DNA of 64,000 nt, taken from Chiloscyllium plagiosum (taxonomy: Eukaryota). Both the position numbers and the translations under genes were made by a program. Location: contig NC_057718.1 in the NCBI RefSeq assembly GCF_004010195.1, positions 63,905,905-63,969,904 on the forward strand, in the 5' to 3' direction. Numbering within the stretch: the stretch's first letter is position 1; the number at the start of each line of letters is the position of its first letter. The notes under the pieces were generated by a model. The model was not told the origin of the DNA. It saw nothing but the letters and a program-made list of their open reading frames with translations, and searched no databases. Of this stretch, positions 60,610 to 64,000 are shown piece by piece.

Positions 60610-61280
60610 TCTTCATCCTTCTCCACCTGTCTGCAGTAGCAAATGTGGCGATCAGAGCATCCTCCTTCAATTCTTCTCCATGGTTCCAGCAGGGTAAGGA
60701 TGTGTTTGCCTGGTTCCCTTCTTATCTATCTAATTATAGCTTGAGAATTTCCATCAGAAACTTCTCTTGTCTTTCCCACATAAATGGCTCTGATGTCTTG
60801 CCTTCCTGCTGTTTCTGATTGACATGTCCCTTGGTAACATCATCTGAAAGACACAGCAACAATTCTCATGTGTACACTGATGATGTCCAATTCCATCTTA
60901 CAAGCAAGTCTCGTGACCCCCTTCACTCTCTCTAAATTGTCAGCTGGCTTGTCCCACTCCAATCCTGGAGTGAGCAGAAATGTCCTGTTTTGACTATTGG
61001 ACAGAAGCTATTGCATTTGATCCACATCTTCAACTCCCTTTCCCTACCCACTAACACAAACCCATTCCCTGGCAATTGCCTAAGGCTCCAAGCTGACCTT
61101 TTGTGACCTATTCCAAGGTGAGCATTCTTCCACATGTTTAAACTATCACTGAGGTGTTTATTTTCAATTTTATTAATTGCCTCCATCTTTGCCTCAGCTC
61201 AACTGCTGGCAAAAGCCACATGTATGTCTTTGTTTCATTTTGATTTGAATATTTTAACTTGGTCCTGGTTGACGTCCAAT
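60610..61280 (+). mobile_element. L2 LINE RT fragment
   Basis: WFPSYLSN...LGNII...HVYTDDVQ (YADDTQ motif, decayed). Confidence 0.6.
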
Positions 61281-61284
61281 GTTA

Positions 61285-61810
61285 GACCATAAGATATGGG
61301 AACAGGATTAGGCCATTCAGCCCATCAAGTCCACTCTGCCATTTGATCATGGCTAACAAGTTTCTCAACCACATTCCTCTGCCTCTTCCCTGAAACCCTT
61401 GATCCCCTTATCAATCAAGAACCTATCCACCTCAGTCCTAAATGCACTCAATAACTTGGCCTCAACAGCCTTCTACTGCATTGAGTTCAACAGATTCACT
61501 ACTACCTGGCTGAAGAAAGTCCTTATCTCAGTTCTAACAGGTTGTCCATTCACTCTGAGGCTGTGTCCTTGAGTCCTAGTCACTCCTGCTAATGGAAACA
61601 TTTCATCCACATTCAGTGTTCTGTAAATTCAGTCAGAACCACCCTTCATCCTCCTAAACTTTATCAAGCACAGATCAAGATGTCCTCAATCGCTCCTCAT
61701 ATGACAAGCCCTTAATCCCTAGTATCATTCTTGCAAGCCTCCTCTGGACCCCTTCCAACGGCAGCACATCCTTCCTTAGGTAAGAGGCCCAAGGCTGCTC
61801 ACAATATTGT
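61285..61810 (-). mobile_element. CR1 3' fragment
   Basis: YCEQPWASYLRKDVLPLEGVQRRLARMI. Confidence 0.8.
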
Positions 61811-62339
61811 TCGACCCATGGATAGCATCTTTTGGCAATGGTACATGTGCAGTGAAATATGAAATCAGAGAACTGTTGTCTTACTTCCGCTGCTCCTCCA
61901 GAAGTTTTGATGCACTGTATCTCACTAAGAAACCCAGCATTCAAATTCATAGAGTGACATCAAATTACATTTAAATGATTTTAATGTTATGAGAAATCCA
62001 AATTAATGCCAGCTACTACTGTCGAACTGATTATCATCTTTAAGTGTGTATTTGCATTCTTTGAATTTTATTTGAGATTGTAAAATATTGAACTAATGTT
62101 TTTAGCAATGAATCTTAATCTCCTTTTCCTCTTTGTTTTATTCTGCTTTCTATGCGTGATTTGGAATTTAATTAACCTTTTTAACTAACACTTTCTGGTT
62201 CATATCCTGCACGCATCATCATTCATTTTTATAATCTGTTTTTGGAGATAAACAATTACTTTTGTGCAAATCCCAGATCCCTGCAGAAGGCATTACAGCA
62301 AAGTCATTCTTATCGCAGTTTGTTTCGGGGAAAACTGCA

Positions 62340-64000
62340 TTGAATGCCGAGAGAAGGAAGGGAATGTGTAACCATCAGGCAGTCCAAGAGAAACAGGCAT
62401 GTGGTTCAGGAGCCACCTAGGGTCCCGCTCGCAAATCAGTATTCCAGTTTGGAGGTTGATGCGGGCATTTGCTCCTCCAGAGAGTGCAGACAGAAAATCA
62501 GCAAGCGTGTGTAGAAAGGGAGGAAGACTAGAAGGACAATAGTAATAGGAGATTGTGGAGTTAAGGGAACAGATAGGCTCTACTGCCTACATGACTCCAG
62601 GATGGTGTGTTGCCTCTCTGATGTTAATGTCTGGGATGTCACTGAATGGCAGCAGGGATAATAAAGTAGAGGTCATGGTACATGTTGGTATCAAAGACAT
62701 AGGTAGAGAAGGATGAGGTCTTGCATCAATAATTCAAAGAGACAGCAGACTAAAAAGCAGCTCCTCTCGGATTGTAATCTCTGGATTATTCCCAGTGCCA
62801 AATGCTAGCGAGCACAGAAATTGGAGAACAGTGCAGCTGAATGCATGGCTTTACAGTTGGTGCAGGGGAGGTTAGTTTAGATTCCTGGATCTCTGGGAAC
62901 ATTTATGGGAAAGGTGGGATCTGTACAAGTGGGATGATCTATTCTGAACCAGAAGTAACATTCTTGTAGGTTGACTTGCTGGGCTATTGGGAGGAGTTTA
63001 AAGTAATTCAGCAGAGGGAGGAGACACAGACTGTTGGCAGAATAAGAGCACTGAATAATACAGGAAAACAATCAAGTTAGAGGGAGTGTGGCTGTATTAA
63101 TTTTCAAGGGAGTGAAGCAAAGCTGGATGGTCTTTACTTTAATGCCAGGAATATAACAGGCAAAGCAGCTGAGTAAAGGGTGATGATTGACAAAGAATGA
63201 ATGATATAGTAACCATCACAGATTGACACTAAGCAGATGAGTTAAGGGTGATGATTGACACATGGATGTGTCATGTAGTAACCACCACAGAGATGTGGTT
63301 GAGGGAGAAAAAGGGTTGGCAACTCGCCATTCTGCAATATAGAATCTTCAGACAAGACAGGGGAGGGGATAAAACAGGAGGAGGCATCGCACTATTTGTT
63401 AAAAAGACAGTTACTGCAGTAAGGAAATATGATATCTTGGAGGCAATATCGAATGAAGCTTTATGAGTAGAGCTTAGCAATAAAAAAGAGGGCAGTCACA
63501 TTGCTAATCAGTTATTATAGAGAGGGGATTTTAGAAAACTAAGGCAGGATCTGGCCAAAATAAACTGTGGGAAAATCTACAGAAGAGCAGTGGGGACGTT
63601 CAAACAGGAAAAGTGGAAGGACTAAAGCCCAGAGAGCCATGGATGACCAGAGATATTCAGGATACTATGAGAAGGAAAAGAGAGGCTTTTAGCAAGTACT
63701 AGATGAATAAATCAGCAGAGGCATTAGTGAAGTATAGAAAGTGCAGGGTGGAGCTTAAGAACGCAATTAGGAAAACAAAGAAGAGATATGAGAAAGCTCT
63801 GTCTGCTAAAAGGAGGGAAAATCCCCAAGATATTCTATAAGTATATCAATGGGAAGAAGATAAACAGGGAAGGATTGGAGTCCATTTGGGATCAAGCAGC
63901 AATCTATGGGTGGAGCCAGAGAACATTAGTAGAGTCTTGAACCAACCCATCACATTGTCTTCACCCAAGACAACATGGATGAAGGTTTGCAACCCAGGAG
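62340..64000 (+). mobile_element. CR1 LINE 5' part: ORF1 esterase remnant + ORF2 APE endonuclease, runs off the window
   Basis: IVIGD..RMVCCLS..V.DVTE..VMVHVG (ORF1); YFNARNI..VVTTTEMWL..YRIFRQDR..GGGIALFVK (APE). Confidence 0.8.

Noticed and set aside
63160..63295. Imperfect ~70-bp tandem duplication
   Set aside because: Real, but an old diverged duplication within a dead CR1 endonuclease with no evident significance.
1..64000. Prokaryotic systems (CRISPR arrays, operons, defence islands) and most ORF-track entries
   Set aside because: The sequence is vertebrate and repeat-rich. There is no repeat-spacer array, and the ORFs are short, often start at TTG/GTG, and map to decayed TEs or their antisense strands.

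Overview
This is vertebrate nuclear DNA, not prokaryotic, so most of the supplied ORF track is noise or decayed transposon sequence. HE1-type SINEs with (TCTAA)n tails and HER1/CR1 LINEs with (CTATGACT)n tails point to an elasmobranch (shark); the species cannot be determined from the sequence. The window is mostly nested transposons: many CR1 fragments, L2-like LINEs, four Penelope-like elements (PLEs), a solo LTR, and a decayed ~8 kb Gypsy element with Gmr1-type domain order (Gag/SCAN-like-PR-IN-RT-RH) plus a second partial copy. There are two assembly gaps. A CpG-rich, transposon-poor island (~33.5-37.5 kb) looks like a complex, probably bidirectional promoter. It carries candidate first exons on both strands and a twin-CRE/CCAAT/TATA module. 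I could not name any host gene. The most notable observation is a set of minimal type-I hammerhead ribozyme motifs from about four PLE-related families; three of them sit in 114-140 bp units flanked by their own target-site duplications (TSDs). Boundaries of old repeats are approximate and were read by eye.
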